A stretch of DNA of 64,000 nucleotides. Source: Candidatus Omnitrophota bacterium. GTDB taxonomy: Bacteria > Omnitrophota > Gorgyraeia > Duberdicusellales > 4484-171. Of this stretch, positions 1 to 9,836 are shown in pieces (the stretch's first letter is position 1; every line of letters starts with the position of its first letter). The DNA lies in the NCBI GenBank assembly GCA_021735445.1, contig JAIPHA010000001.1, forward strand, positions 24,396 through 88,395. Reading direction: 5' to 3'. The notes beneath the pieces were generated by a model, which ran no database searches, was not told where the DNA came from, and saw only the letters and a program-made list of their open reading frames with translations. The position numbers were made by a program, and so were the translations under genes.

Positions 1-788
1 GGTTAGTTGACCTTTCCGCTTACCCTTTGTTAGCCGGCAATAAATATATCGAGAGAATAGTTAAATATAATCGGGCGGCTAAGGAATTTTTGAAAAAAGA
101 TAAATTTGATTTAGTAATTAACCTTGAAAAGGTCCCTGAAATTTGTTCGTTTTTAAAGGATTTGAAATACAATAAACTTTTAGGGTTTGACCCTCAAGGC
201 GGGGATAGAAAGCTTCGTGAAATCAGCAGAGATTTTGATAGCAAAAAAAACAATAGGCTTTGTTTCCAGGAAATATTAGCCGGCGCAATAGAAAAAAACT
301 GGCGGGGAGAACCCTACATACTGGGGTATGATCCGATAACAAAGCCTATTTATGATATAGGATTTAACTGGACTACCAGTAGGAAATGGTCGAATAAGGC
401 TTGGCCTCAAAAACATTGGAAGGAACTGGAAACTTTGCTTGGTTCCGGATATACAATATCTTGGCAGAGAGGGTTTAGTAACCTTTATGAGTATATTGAA
501 TGGATAAATGGATGCCGAATTATTGTTAGCGCCGATACTTTAGGGTTGCATATAGCTTTGGCTTTAAAAAAGAGGGTTGTAGCTTTGTTTGGGCCTACTG
601 TGCCTCAGGAGATATTTCTTTATAATTGCGGGTCTTTTTTAACTCCCGAAATTGAAAGAGAGTGTATTCCCTGCTGTCAACCTTATTGCCAAAGAGGGGA
701 CCCTTGTATAAATAGAATTTATCCAGAGCAGATTAAAGAAAAGATAAACCATGAGTTTAAGCAGATTAGTTGTCCCCGCGGCGTATAA
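1..788 (+). CDS. GT9 family ADP-heptose:LPS heptosyltransferase-like protein, 5'-truncated at the window edge, with a Cys-rich C-terminal tail
   Basis: The frame is open back to nt 3, and the ORF track starts it at a TTG at 27. The C-terminal half carries the GT9 signature SADTLGLHIALALKKRVVALFGPTVP (compare xNDSGPMHLAAAxGxPxVALFGPT). The tail CIPCCQPYCQRGDPC is atypical for GT9. Confidence 0.6.
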   Translation, partial: LVDLSAYPLLAGNKYIERIVKYNRAAKEFLKKDKFDLVINLEKVPEICSFLKDLKYNKLLGFDPQGGDRKLREISRDFDSKKNNRLCFQEILAGAIEKNWRGEPYILGYDPITKPIYDIGFNWTTSRKWSNKAWPQKHWKELETLLGSGYTISWQRGFSNLYEYIEWINGCRIIVSADTLGLHIALALKKRVVALFGPTVPQEIFLYNCGSFLTPEIERECIPCCQPYCQRGDPCINRIYPEQIKEKINHEFKQISCPRGV

Positions 789-1644
789 CTATATAGCTTG
801 TTTTTTAACTTTAGATTGTAATTTAAATTGCAACTATTGCATAAATTCATTCGGGAGGAAAAAAAATTTTTTTGCAGGTAATATTTCCGGAGAAAAATGG
901 GTCAAAGCATTAAACCGCCTTATTTCCCGGCCGGATTTACCGATTACCTTACAGGGAGGCGAGCCAAGCCTTCACTCTGATTTTATTTGGGTTATTAACC
1001 AGCTAAGGCCTGATTTACCAATCGATATTTTGACAAATTTGTGTTTTGATGTTGATAATTTTATAGCAAAGGTTAATTCCAGCCGCCTGCGGCGCAAAGC
1101 TCCTTATGCGAGTATTAGAGCCAGTTACCATCCACCTTATATGAATTTGGAAAAATTAATCGACTCTGCTTTAAAGTTAAAAAAAGCTGGATTTTCTGTT
1201 GGCATTTATGGCTTGAGGCATCCGGAATTTGAAAAGCAAAATCTTTTTGCCCAAAAAAAGTGTTTATCTTCAGGGATAGATTTCAGGATCAAAGATTTTT
1301 TGGGAAAGTTTAAGGGTAAAATCTATGGGAAATTTAAGTATCCTGAATCAATAGGCAGTAAAATCAAAAAAAGCTGCTTATGCCGAATTCCGGAGCTTAT
1401 AATCGGGCCGGATTGTTCGGTTTACAAATGCCACCGCGACCTTTATGGAGGGTATTGGCCAATTGGAAATCTTTTGGATAACAGTTTTAAAATAGAAAAT
1501 AAATTTAGAAAATGTTTTTCTTTTGGAGATTGTAACCCCTGTGATGTCAAAATAAAAACTAACAGGTTTGAGGCCTATGGGTATTGCTCGGCAGAAATTA
1601 AAGACATTAAGGAGAATAAAGGCAATAAGGCGGTAGAGGGATGA
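751..1644 (+). CDS. radical SAM protein with C-terminal Cys cluster (SPASM/twitch-like)
   Basis: N-terminal CNLNCNYC (CxxxCxxC), a GGEPSL glycine-rich SAM motif, and the C-terminal cysteines CLCRI...CSVYKCHRD...FGDCNPCD. Confidence 0.7.
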   Translation: MSLSRLVVPAAYNYIACFLTLDCNLNCNYCINSFGRKKNFFAGNISGEKWVKALNRLISRPDLPITLQGGEPSLHSDFIWVINQLRPDLPIDILTNLCFDVDNFIAKVNSSRLRRKAPYASIRASYHPPYMNLEKLIDSALKLKKAGFSVGIYGLRHPEFEKQNLFAQKKCLSSGIDFRIKDFLGKFKGKIYGKFKYPESIGSKIKKSCLCRIPELIIGPDCSVYKCHRDLYGGYWPIGNLLDNSFKIENKFRKCFSFGDCNPCDVKIKTNRFEAYGYCSAEIKDIKENKGNKAVEG

Positions 1645-2711
1645 GCAATGACTTTAATATGGACGGACAGAAGCTTATCTATCATATCCGGCGTTTAAAT
1701 GAATGGGTTAAGGGAGAAGAGGTTTATCCGATATATGCTGATATAGGGTTATCGGGAGGCTGTAATCAGCGTTGTATTTTTTGCACCTTCGATTACCTTG
1801 ATTATCAACCAGTATCTATCGATACAGAGTGTGTAAAAAACTTTATTGGCCAGGCGGCGGCAAAGGGGCTAAGGTCTGTGCTTTATGCAGGAGAAGGAGA
1901 GCCCCTCTTACACAACCAAGTAGGTGAAATAATAGAGTTTACTAAAAATAAAGGGGTAGACGCGGCTTTGTCTACTAATGGAGTCTTGTTAAATAAAAAA
2001 ATAGCGGGCAGAATATTGCCTTATTTAAGCTGGGTTAGGGTAAGCATAAACGCCGGAACTCCAAAAAAGTATAGTTTTATCCATGGCGCAAAACCAGATG
2101 ATTTTAAGCAAGTTTTAAAAAACCTTAAAAGCCTTGTAAAAATACGGGATAAAAATAATTATCCTTGCGCAATCGGGGCCCAGTCATTGCTGCTTCCTCA
2201 AAACTATAAAGATATTCTTAATTTAGCTGCGGCGGTAAGTGATATTGGAGTCGATTATTTGACGATAAAGCCTTTTTCCAGGCATCCCAGCAGCAAAAAA
2301 AAATTTGATTATAGCAATATTAGCCACAAAGAATTGTCCTTGTTGAAAGAAAAATTATCAGTTTATCAGCGAAGTGATTTTAAAGTCATTTACCGGCAAC
2401 GTTCTCTGGACAAGACAAGGGGCAGTAAGCCGTATAAAAAATGTTTGGGGTTTTCTTTTGCCACCCGGGTTACGGCTGAAGGCGATATCTTTCCTTGTAT
2501 TGCCTTTGAGGGCAAAAGAGGCTTTTTATTGGGAAATATCTACCAAAGCAGTTTTGATTCAATTTGGGAAGGCGCAAGGCGAAAGAAGGTGATAGATAAA
2601 ATATATTCGCAATGGGATGTCAATAACTGCAGAAAGCCCTGCCGTCTCGATGAAATTAACCGTTATTTGTGGAATTTTAAAAATCCGCCTAATCATGTTA
2701 ACTTCATATAG
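1641..2711 (+). CDS. radical SAM/SPASM domain protein
   Basis: CNQRCIFC motif, AGEGEPLL, and a C-terminal CIAFEG...NNCRKPCRLD cluster. The ATGA overlap with the upstream gene suggests an operon. Confidence 0.7.
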   Translation: MSNDFNMDGQKLIYHIRRLNEWVKGEEVYPIYADIGLSGGCNQRCIFCTFDYLDYQPVSIDTECVKNFIGQAAAKGLRSVLYAGEGEPLLHNQVGEIIEFTKNKGVDAALSTNGVLLNKKIAGRILPYLSWVRVSINAGTPKKYSFIHGAKPDDFKQVLKNLKSLVKIRDKNNYPCAIGAQSLLLPQNYKDILNLAAAVSDIGVDYLTIKPFSRHPSSKKKFDYSNISHKELSLLKEKLSVYQRSDFKVIYRQRSLDKTRGSKPYKKCLGFSFATRVTAEGDIFPCIAFEGKRGFLLGNIYQSSFDSIWEGARRKKVIDKIYSQWDVNNCRKPCRLDEINRYLWNFKNPPNHVNFI

Positions 2712-2730
2712 CCAGGTTTAATAAGCAGAA

Positions 2731-3594
2731 ATGAAAAAAGAAAAAATAAAGAAAAAAGCAAAAAAACCGGATTTAGAAAGCCTAAAAAGCAAAGCTTTAT
2801 GGTTAAGGAAAAAAGTGTTGGATATGGCGGTCAATTGCGGAACGGGCCATATAGCTCCTTCTTTTTCTTGTATAGAGATAGTTGTTGCTTTATATTATAC
2901 CTCTTTTTTAAAAACTAACCCTAAAAAACCAGAATGGAAAAACCGGGACCGATTCATTTTAAGCAAAGGCCATGCTTCTTTAGCTTTATATCCGGTTCTG
3001 GCTGATTTAGGTTTTTTCCCATTTTCTTATTTAGACAGATTTGGCAAAAATAATAACTATTTGGGAGTGCATGCTGAAAATGAAATAGCGGGGATAGATG
3101 TTTCAGTGGGCTCCTTAGGCCATGGGTTATCTATTGGAGCCGGCCTGGCCTTGGCAGCAAAAACGGATAAAAAAAAGTATCGAACCGTGGTTTTGGCAGG
3201 AGACGGCGAATGCCATGAAGGTTCTGTATGGGAAGCGGCTTTATTTGCCGCCAGCCATAAATTGAATAATTTGATTTTAATTATTGATTATAACCGTCTT
3301 TCTGCAATGGGGTTTTTAAAAGATTATCAAGATATAGAGCCGTTTGAGAAAAAATGGGAGTCATTTGGATGGGATAGCATTTTTGTTAACGGCCATTCTT
3401 TTGAAAGTATCCTCCCCGGGCTTCTTGAGGCAAACAGCCCGGGCAGAAAAGCCCCTTTAGCTATAATAGCAAAGACGATAAAAGGCAAAGGGGTACCGTT
3501 TATGGAAAATAAGCCTATTTGGCATTACCGGGTTCCCAAAGGCAGTAAGTTAGCTGCTGCGCGTCGGGAGTTAACTAAGGGGGATAATCGGTAA
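2731..3594 (+). CDS. transketolase, N-terminal (TPP-binding) subunit of a split transketolase
   Basis: GHIAPSFSCIEIV, LSKGHASLALYPVL, GSLGHGLSIGAGLALA and VLAGDGECHEGSVWEA are hallmark Transketolase_N motifs. The 287-aa size fits a split form. Confidence 0.8.
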   Translation: MKKEKIKKKAKKPDLESLKSKALWLRKKVLDMAVNCGTGHIAPSFSCIEIVVALYYTSFLKTNPKKPEWKNRDRFILSKGHASLALYPVLADLGFFPFSYLDRFGKNNNYLGVHAENEIAGIDVSVGSLGHGLSIGAGLALAAKTDKKKYRTVVLAGDGECHEGSVWEAALFAASHKLNNLILIIDYNRLSAMGFLKDYQDIEPFEKKWESFGWDSIFVNGHSFESILPGLLEANSPGRKAPLAIIAKTIKGKGVPFMENKPIWHYRVPKGSKLAAARRELTKGDNR

Positions 3595-3596
3595 AA

Positions 3597-4538
3597 ATGA
3601 AGAAAAAAAAGGAGGGGATGCGGGAAGTATTTTTTAAAGAGCTTTTTAAGTTAGCTAAAAAAAATAAAAAAATCATGCTGTTAAGTGCCGATATCGGGGC
3701 TCAATGCCATGATGATTTCAGAAAAAAATTAAAAAACCAATATATTAACGCCGGAGTAGCCGAACAAAATATGATTGGGGTAGCCGCTGGTTTAGCGATG
3801 GCAGGTAAGATTGTTTATGTTTATTCGATTACGCCTTTTGTAACTATGAGGTGTTATGAACAGATAAGGGTTGATTTATGCGGTATGAATTTACCGGTAG
3901 CGATAGTCAGTATAGGCGCGGGCCTGGATTATTCTACTTTAGGCTTTACCCATCATGGGACAGAAGACCTAACCTTAATGAAAGCATTGCCCGGGATGGC
4001 TGTGTATAGCCCTTGTGATAATACTATGGCAAAAATGTTGGTAAACGAAACCTATAAAGGCAAAACCCCGCAGTATGTAAGGCTGGATCGGCGGGGCTTT
4101 CCTTTAATTTATGAAAAGGAAAAAGATATAGATTTTCAGCAAGGATTTTCACATTTAAAAAAAGGCAAAGACCTTTATATAATTTCAACAGGAAGGATGT
4201 TGCTTAATGCTTTGGATGCAGCTAAAAGGCTGCCCCTAGATTGTGGTGTAATTGATTTATTCAGGGTAAAACCGTTTAATAAAGATAACTTAGAGCTTAT
4301 TCTCAAGAAAGTAAAGTATGTAGCCAGCTTGGAGGAGCATTTTACTGACGGCGGTATTGGTAGTTCAGTTTCTGGTTTATTGGCCGGATTAAAACACAGG
4401 CCCTTGTTTAAACCTATCGGCTTAAACAATCAGTTTTGCAGAAGCTATGGCAGCAGGAAGTATCTTCAAAATATTTGCGGGCTTGATGCCGAAAGTGTTG
4501 CCAAAAACATCTTGAATTGGATAAGCAATAATGGTTAA
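3597..4538 (+). CDS. transketolase, C-terminal (pyrimidine-binding) subunit
   Basis: GVAEQNMIGVAAGLAMAGK, EQIRVDLCGMNLPV and GFTHHGTEDLTLMKALPGM match the Transket_pyr and C-terminal domains. The gene sits immediately downstream of the N-terminal subunit. Confidence 0.8.
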   Translation: MKKKKEGMREVFFKELFKLAKKNKKIMLLSADIGAQCHDDFRKKLKNQYINAGVAEQNMIGVAAGLAMAGKIVYVYSITPFVTMRCYEQIRVDLCGMNLPVAIVSIGAGLDYSTLGFTHHGTEDLTLMKALPGMAVYSPCDNTMAKMLVNETYKGKTPQYVRLDRRGFPLIYEKEKDIDFQQGFSHLKKGKDLYIISTGRMLLNALDAAKRLPLDCGVIDLFRVKPFNKDNLELILKKVKYVASLEEHFTDGGIGSSVSGLLAGLKHRPLFKPIGLNNQFCRSYGSRKYLQNICGLDAESVAKNILNWISNNG

Positions 4539-7443
4539 TCAACCAAAATTAATATCGAATAGGTTTAAAATTAGCCAGGATTTTCTGGTTATTCTTCTTC
4601 TGGTTATTGTCGTATCTTCGCTTTTTCTTCCCATTGTTTTTGAAAGTAAAGGAATTTTTCATAACGACCAGGCGATGTCAGAATTTATGCATCGCTATTT
4701 TTTTGCCGATAATCTACAAAAAGGGATTATTCCTTTATGGGACCCTCACGTTTGGGCCGGCGCTAATTTTCACTATTCTTTTAGTTATGCCGGGGAAAAT
4801 TATTATTTTGCTCTTTGGCCTTTTTATCTTATGGCCGATTTAGATAATTTAGGCCATTCTTACTTTATGATTTCAATTCTGCCTCTTTTTATCCATTATC
4901 TATTAGCAGCTATAGGAATGTTTGTGCTATTGAGGAAAATTATAAAATGTAGCTGCCTTTCTTCTTTAACCGGGGCAATAATTTATTTATTTAGCCCGGC
5001 TTTAGTTTATTCCTACGTTTGCGAGAGCCGGGTAATTATAGAAAGTTTGCTGCCCTGGTTAATTATTATATATATGGGTAATACCTTCCGGCGGCAATGG
5101 CCGAGGCTATGCTTAGGAGGCCTTGTTTTTTTCTTTATTTGTGTATCAGGATGCATTCAAGACCTGCCTTTTGTATTGATTATTTGGGGAGGCTTTGTGG
5201 TTGCTTCAATTTGTATTAATTTAGCAAAAAAAAGAAAAAAAGCAGTAAGACAGTCATTAATTCCGGCTTTAATTATTTTTATTCTTGGAATATTGTTAAG
5301 CTCGGTCTATTTTTTTTCACTTTTAGACGGAGCTAAATATTTTAAGATAAGGCCGGAATTAGTTACCGGGATGAGGCTGGCATATTTACCGGCTAACCTA
5401 TCATTTTCTTATTTGATTACTCTTTTTATCCCTAATTTTTACGGAAGCATCTCCGGAGTTAATTTTATTTTTAGGCGGTTAATGTTTTGGTATGCCAACA
5501 TGAGCGGGGGGATGGGGATTTCTCTGGCAGTGGCTTTAGGTGTATTTTTGCCGATTTTTTTTGCCAGAAAAATGAAAAACAAGAATTATCTAATTTATGC
5601 AATTTTAGGGATTGCCTTGTATGTCCTTTCTATTTTGCTTAGTTTAGGAGCTAATTCGCCATTTTATAAATTATTTATCGGTTGGGTGCCGATAGTGGGG
5701 GGGGCAACTTATCCAATTCGTTACCGCTTTATCCAGTGTTTTTTTGCGGCGGTATTAGCGGCTTTGGGAATTCATTTTTTAACCAACTATGATTTCAGGC
5801 GGCTTAGGGAAATATTTCCTAAGTTTGTTTTAGGATACTTTATTTTTATTTTATTTTTTGTTTCTTTAGCGCTTTTTCTTCCCCGTCAGAGTTCCGGAGA
5901 ATTTTGGATTGGAAAAAGAGGAACAAAGAAAATAGAAGGGAGCGTGCCTTCCGGCGAATGGGCAGGGGTGTATACTTCAAGAAAGGCAAGAGTAAAAAAG
6001 GTCGGTTTATTTTTAAAGGAAAAATCAAAAGGCGAAATCCGCTATTCGGATAATCATTATGATTGTTCCTTAGATGAAAGTTTTTTAGTGAAAAAATATA
6101 ATATTCAAGAGAAGGGGTGGGTGGAATTCAACGTAGATGTTCCCGCCAATAAATTTCTTTGGGTTTTTAATGACGAAGGCAACCTTGGATTTTGGCAGGA
6201 TGATACTCCATCTTTTTTTTATAGCAAAGATAAATGGATAATCCAGCCGCAAGTTAATGCGATAAGCCTTTATCAAAAGGCTGGTCCGGGGGGCCCAGTA
6301 AGCCTGTTTTTTAAGTTAAAAAATTCCTATATTGAAAAGAAGCCGATAGTGAGGTCTTTTTTTTATTGGATTTTTGTTTCTTTTGTCTTAATAGCGGGAG
6401 GATACTTGTTTTTGCCTAAAAGCGTGGGGTTTTTATTGACTGTGATAATAGCAGGGGAGTCTTTAGTCTTTGGCATGACGGCTTTTTTTGGGTCTACATT
6501 TAATGAAGCCCAAACGAGAACCCGGGAGTTTTTGCCTCATAATGTAAGGGCGTTGAATCCTTTAGAACATCCGATGTTTCAGCGGATGAGTGAAAAAGTT
6601 CTTCCTTTGGTTGATAATAGCCAGCTGCGTATTGCTACTGATTATCCTTTTTATGATAATTTAGGTTATTTGACTGATAACTTTTTTTTAATGGGTGAGC
6701 CCGCCCATTTTCTTGACGCGAGGTTTAGGCGGGCGATAGAAGCGGCTTATCAGGAGCAGATGTCGATGGGGTTTTTTTATGATGGAGGCGGTTTTTTGCC
6801 AAAAGGAGGCGAATTTTTAAATAACTTTTCGGTAGGTTATTTTTTAAGCGGCCATAAGGGCCGAATATTTGATAAGGAAGAAGTTATTTCTTTTCAGGAC
6901 CAAAGAAAGTATTATTTTCATATTAACAAAAATGTTTTGCCGCGGGCCTATAGTGTTACCAGAGTGGTGCCGGCTTCAGAAGAGAGGCAGTTTGGAGAGT
7001 TAATTTCCGGGGATTTAGGCGAAGTTGTTTATGTACCGCTAGGTAGCGATATAGGAAATAAGCAAATTTCTCAAAAAGTTGTTTATAATTTTAACCAACT
7101 TCAGGAGAAAAACAAAATCAGAAAAATTAATTATGAGAACCCCAACAAGATAAGCGTAGATATCAACGTCACTGTTGCCTCTATGCTGGTTTTTAGCGAA
7201 GTGTGGCATCCGGGCTGGAAAGCTGCCGCCGGCGGGAGAGCAAAAAAAGTCTATAGAGTTAATTATTGCCAGCGGGGAGTTTGGTTAGATCCGGGAAATC
7301 ATAATTTAGTCCTTTTCTTTAACCCAAAAGGCTGGCAGACAGGAGGAAAAATTACTTTAATAACTATTATTTTTATTATTTTTCTATTGTCGGTTAAAGC
7401 GCTCGCCAAAAAAAAGAAACGGTTAAACGATTCGGAAATTTAA
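4531..7443 (+). CDS. large polytopic membrane protein, YfhO-like / GT-C fold glycosyltransferase candidate
   Basis: 970 aa with roughly 12 N-terminal TM helices. The N-terminal region (HNDQAMSEF...LWDPHVWAGANFHY) resembles the YfhO family. There is a large extracytoplasmic region, a late TM helix and a final C-terminal TM helix. Confidence 0.4.
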   Translation: MVNQPKLISNRFKISQDFLVILLLVIVVSSLFLPIVFESKGIFHNDQAMSEFMHRYFFADNLQKGIIPLWDPHVWAGANFHYSFSYAGENYYFALWPFYLMADLDNLGHSYFMISILPLFIHYLLAAIGMFVLLRKIIKCSCLSSLTGAIIYLFSPALVYSYVCESRVIIESLLPWLIIIYMGNTFRRQWPRLCLGGLVFFFICVSGCIQDLPFVLIIWGGFVVASICINLAKKRKKAVRQSLIPALIIFILGILLSSVYFFSLLDGAKYFKIRPELVTGMRLAYLPANLSFSYLITLFIPNFYGSISGVNFIFRRLMFWYANMSGGMGISLAVALGVFLPIFFARKMKNKNYLIYAILGIALYVLSILLSLGANSPFYKLFIGWVPIVGGATYPIRYRFIQCFFAAVLAALGIHFLTNYDFRRLREIFPKFVLGYFIFILFFVSLALFLPRQSSGEFWIGKRGTKKIEGSVPSGEWAGVYTSRKARVKKVGLFLKEKSKGEIRYSDNHYDCSLDESFLVKKYNIQEKGWVEFNVDVPANKFLWVFNDEGNLGFWQDDTPSFFYSKDKWIIQPQVNAISLYQKAGPGGPVSLFFKLKNSYIEKKPIVRSFFYWIFVSFVLIAGGYLFLPKSVGFLLTVIIAGESLVFGMTAFFGSTFNEAQTRTREFLPHNVRALNPLEHPMFQRMSEKVLPLVDNSQLRIATDYPFYDNLGYLTDNFFLMGEPAHFLDARFRRAIEAAYQEQMSMGFFYDGGGFLPKGGEFLNNFSVGYFLSGHKGRIFDKEEVISFQDQRKYYFHINKNVLPRAYSVTRVVPASEERQFGELISGDLGEVVYVPLGSDIGNKQISQKVVYNFNQLQEKNKIRKINYENPNKISVDINVTVASMLVFSEVWHPGWKAAAGGRAKKVYRVNYCQRGVWLDPGNHNLVLFFNPKGWQTGGKITLITIIFIIFLLSVKALAKKKKRLNDSEI

Positions 7444-7453
7444 CGAGGTTATT

Positions 7454-8728
7454 TTGGAAATATTCGATAAAATAAAATTTGATTCTAATAAAATCCCCCG
7501 CGGATGCCTTTATTTTTATTCTTCTCTTGTTATGACGAATTTTTTTAAAATCAAACCGGATAGTTTTAAGCGCGGCAAGCCTGTTTTTTTATTTGAAAAA
7601 AGATTTGCTGAATATTTCGGGGCTAAATTTGCTATAAGTTTTTCGTATGCGAGAACTTCTTTATATTATTTATTAAAGGTATTTAACTTTCCTGCCGGCA
7701 GCGAGGTCTTAACCACACCTGTCACTATCCCCGATATTATTAATGCTATTGTTTCCAATGGTTTAAAGCCGGTTTTTATAGATTTTTCTTCCAATACCGG
7801 AAGTGTTAAGGTTAAAGACATTGAAGCAAATATCAATAAAAATACGAAGTGCATACTAGTTACCCATCTAAACGGGGTGCCTTCTGATATAGATAAAATA
7901 AGAGAAATTGCCCGAAAAAATAAATTGATTCTCTTAGAAGACGCTTCTCAAGGAATAGGCGGAAAATTCGGCGCTCGCTATTTGGGAAGATGGGGGGAGG
8001 CTGGTATTTTCAGCTTATCGACCTTAAAGCCGTTGAGCACTTTTGTCGGTGGAATGGTTTTAACGGATAATAAAGTTTTAGCCGCAAAATTGAGAAAACA
8101 CGCTGTTGATAATGCCGAGAGAAAAAATTTCAGTTTTTTAACTCAGCTTTTTAAAGAATGGTTTTTATTTATTTTTTCCAATAAATACGTATTTTCTTTT
8201 TTTACTTTTTATTTTATAAAAATTATCTCTTGCCTATTTCCCGGTTTTATCGACAAGGCCCAACATCTAGATCGCGAACAGGTGAAGAAGTGGGAAGGAA
8301 TCCCTTCTAAATATAAGGCCCCTTTTACTAATTTCCAGGCTAATATAGGGCTAGGCGCCATCGAAAGATTAAAGCTTGATGCAGAAAAAAGAATCAAGCT
8401 AGGCGAAATATTATATTTTCAGTTAGATGAGGCCGGGGTTCCTGGATTAACAAAAGAATTTTTAAAACCGGGGTGCACTTTTTGGCGGTTTCCTTTATGG
8501 GTAAAAAACCCTAAAAAAATCAGAAGATACCTTTTAAATAACCATATTGATAGTACGGTATCGGGATTAAGGTGTTGCAGCAGAGAGCCGGCATTTAACA
8601 AATTTAACAAGTTAACCCCAGAGGCTTTTAAATTTATAGATAATATGATTTTTTTACCTATTCATTCTAATATGAATGTTACTCAGATTATAAATATTGC
8701 AAGGATAATCCGGGATTATTATGAATAA
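7454..8728 (+). CDS. DegT/DnrJ/EryC1/StrS-family PLP-dependent sugar aminotransferase
   Basis: LLEDASQGIGGKFG and GIFSLSTLKPLS (putative PLP lysine) in an aminotransferase fold-type I context. It carries an unusual hydrophobic insertion, FSFLTQLFKEWFLFIFSNKYVFSFFTFYFIKII. Confidence 0.6.
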   Translation: MEIFDKIKFDSNKIPRGCLYFYSSLVMTNFFKIKPDSFKRGKPVFLFEKRFAEYFGAKFAISFSYARTSLYYLLKVFNFPAGSEVLTTPVTIPDIINAIVSNGLKPVFIDFSSNTGSVKVKDIEANINKNTKCILVTHLNGVPSDIDKIREIARKNKLILLEDASQGIGGKFGARYLGRWGEAGIFSLSTLKPLSTFVGGMVLTDNKVLAAKLRKHAVDNAERKNFSFLTQLFKEWFLFIFSNKYVFSFFTFYFIKIISCLFPGFIDKAQHLDREQVKKWEGIPSKYKAPFTNFQANIGLGAIERLKLDAEKRIKLGEILYFQLDEAGVPGLTKEFLKPGCTFWRFPLWVKNPKKIRRYLLNNHIDSTVSGLRCCSREPAFNKFNKLTPEAFKFIDNMIFLPIHSNMNVTQIINIARIIRDYYE

Positions 8729-9836
8729 GATAAGAGGCTTGTTAAATAATGAAGTTTTTTTATCAGAAATTTTTCAAGCTTTTCCGAATTTAGCCGATAA
8801 TATAACTTCTTTTTTTCTTAATAGGCAGACTTTAGGCGGCCCGACTTTTTTAAGCTGGGTTTTAACTTATAATTGCCCTTTATCTTGCAGGCATTGTTAT
8901 ATTCAACCGCGTTCTGATATTTTATCAAAAGACGATAGATTGAAAATCGCTAAAAAAATAGGCCAGTCTTCTGTGTACTGGGTTTCTCTTATCGGAGGAG
9001 AACCGTTAATTACTCCTGAGATTATGGATATAGCAAAAATTTTAAAAAAAGAAAAGAAAAAAGTAACCATAACTACAAATGGTTTATTTTTAAATAATTT
9101 TATTCAAGAAATAATTGATTTGGATTTAGACGCAATTCAAATAAGTGTAGATAGCCATAAGAAAGAGCAGCATGATTATCTAAGGAATTCTCCGGGATTA
9201 TTTGAAAATGTTTTAAAATCGGTTATAGAAATAAGAAAAAAAAGAAAATCAAGCAAACCCTTTATAAAGTTGAGATGCACGTTGTCGCGAGAAAATTATT
9301 TAGAAGTTATTAATTATGTAAGGTTTTGGAAGGATAAGGCTGACGCGATTTATTTTCAACCTGTAGTTGATAATATAATGAATCGCGTAAGAGAAAGCGA
9401 GATCTTATTTAGGAAAGAAGAAGAGTCGTCTTTTAGAAAGGTATTTTCGGAATTACAAAAGGAATTTGCTAGTTTTTCTAATCTATATTATAATTTTATG
9501 CCTGATTATATTTTTCATAGAGAGCAATTGTGGAGGAAGCTAAAATTTAAGTGTATTCTTATTCCGGCTTCCGCATTATATATATTGCCTGATGGCAATA
9601 CAGCTGTTTGTTATGGCCGAAGAGATAAAACAGGAGGCAATTTAATCAATAAAAGCATTAAAGAAATCTGGAGAAGCAAGGAGGTTAAGGCTTTACAGGA
9701 TGATATAAAGAATAAACATTTAGAAGGTTTTGACCGTGAATGTTTTTGCTGGGAGCCTTATACGCTGCCTAACCTTTATTTGCTCAGTTTGTATAATTTT
9801 ATATCCAAGGTTATAGGTAAAAAATGGGAAGGATAG
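8721..9836 (+). CDS. radical SAM protein (SPASM/twitch-like C-terminus)
   Basis: CPLSCRHC motif, IGGEPLI, and C-terminal Cys residues (CILIP...AVCYG...ECFCWEP). Confidence 0.65.
   Translation: MNKIRGLLNNEVFLSEIFQAFPNLADNITSFFLNRQTLGGPTFLSWVLTYNCPLSCRHCYIQPRSDILSKDDRLKIAKKIGQSSVYWVSLIGGEPLITPEIMDIAKILKKEKKKVTITTNGLFLNNFIQEIIDLDLDAIQISVDSHKKEQHDYLRNSPGLFENVLKSVIEIRKKRKSSKPFIKLRCTLSRENYLEVINYVRFWKDKADAIYFQPVVDNIMNRVRESEILFRKEEESSFRKVFSELQKEFASFSNLYYNFMPDYIFHREQLWRKLKFKCILIPASALYILPDGNTAVCYGRRDKTGGNLINKSIKEIWRSKEVKALQDDIKNKHLEGFDRECFCWEPYTLPNLYLLSLYNFISKVIGKKWEG

Noticed and set aside
2374-2592. 72-aa plus-strand ORF inside the 1641-2711 radical SAM gene, and many similar 60-140-aa ORFs on the opposite strand of long genes (for example 4175-4429, 5846-6276, 16159-16703, 24697-25095, 45793-46206, 48045-48521, 50962-51621, 55252-55954, 61205-61751)
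   Set aside because: They lie wholly within well-supported longer genes in another frame or strand and have low-complexity or odd composition with no recognisable motifs. They are most likely spurious.
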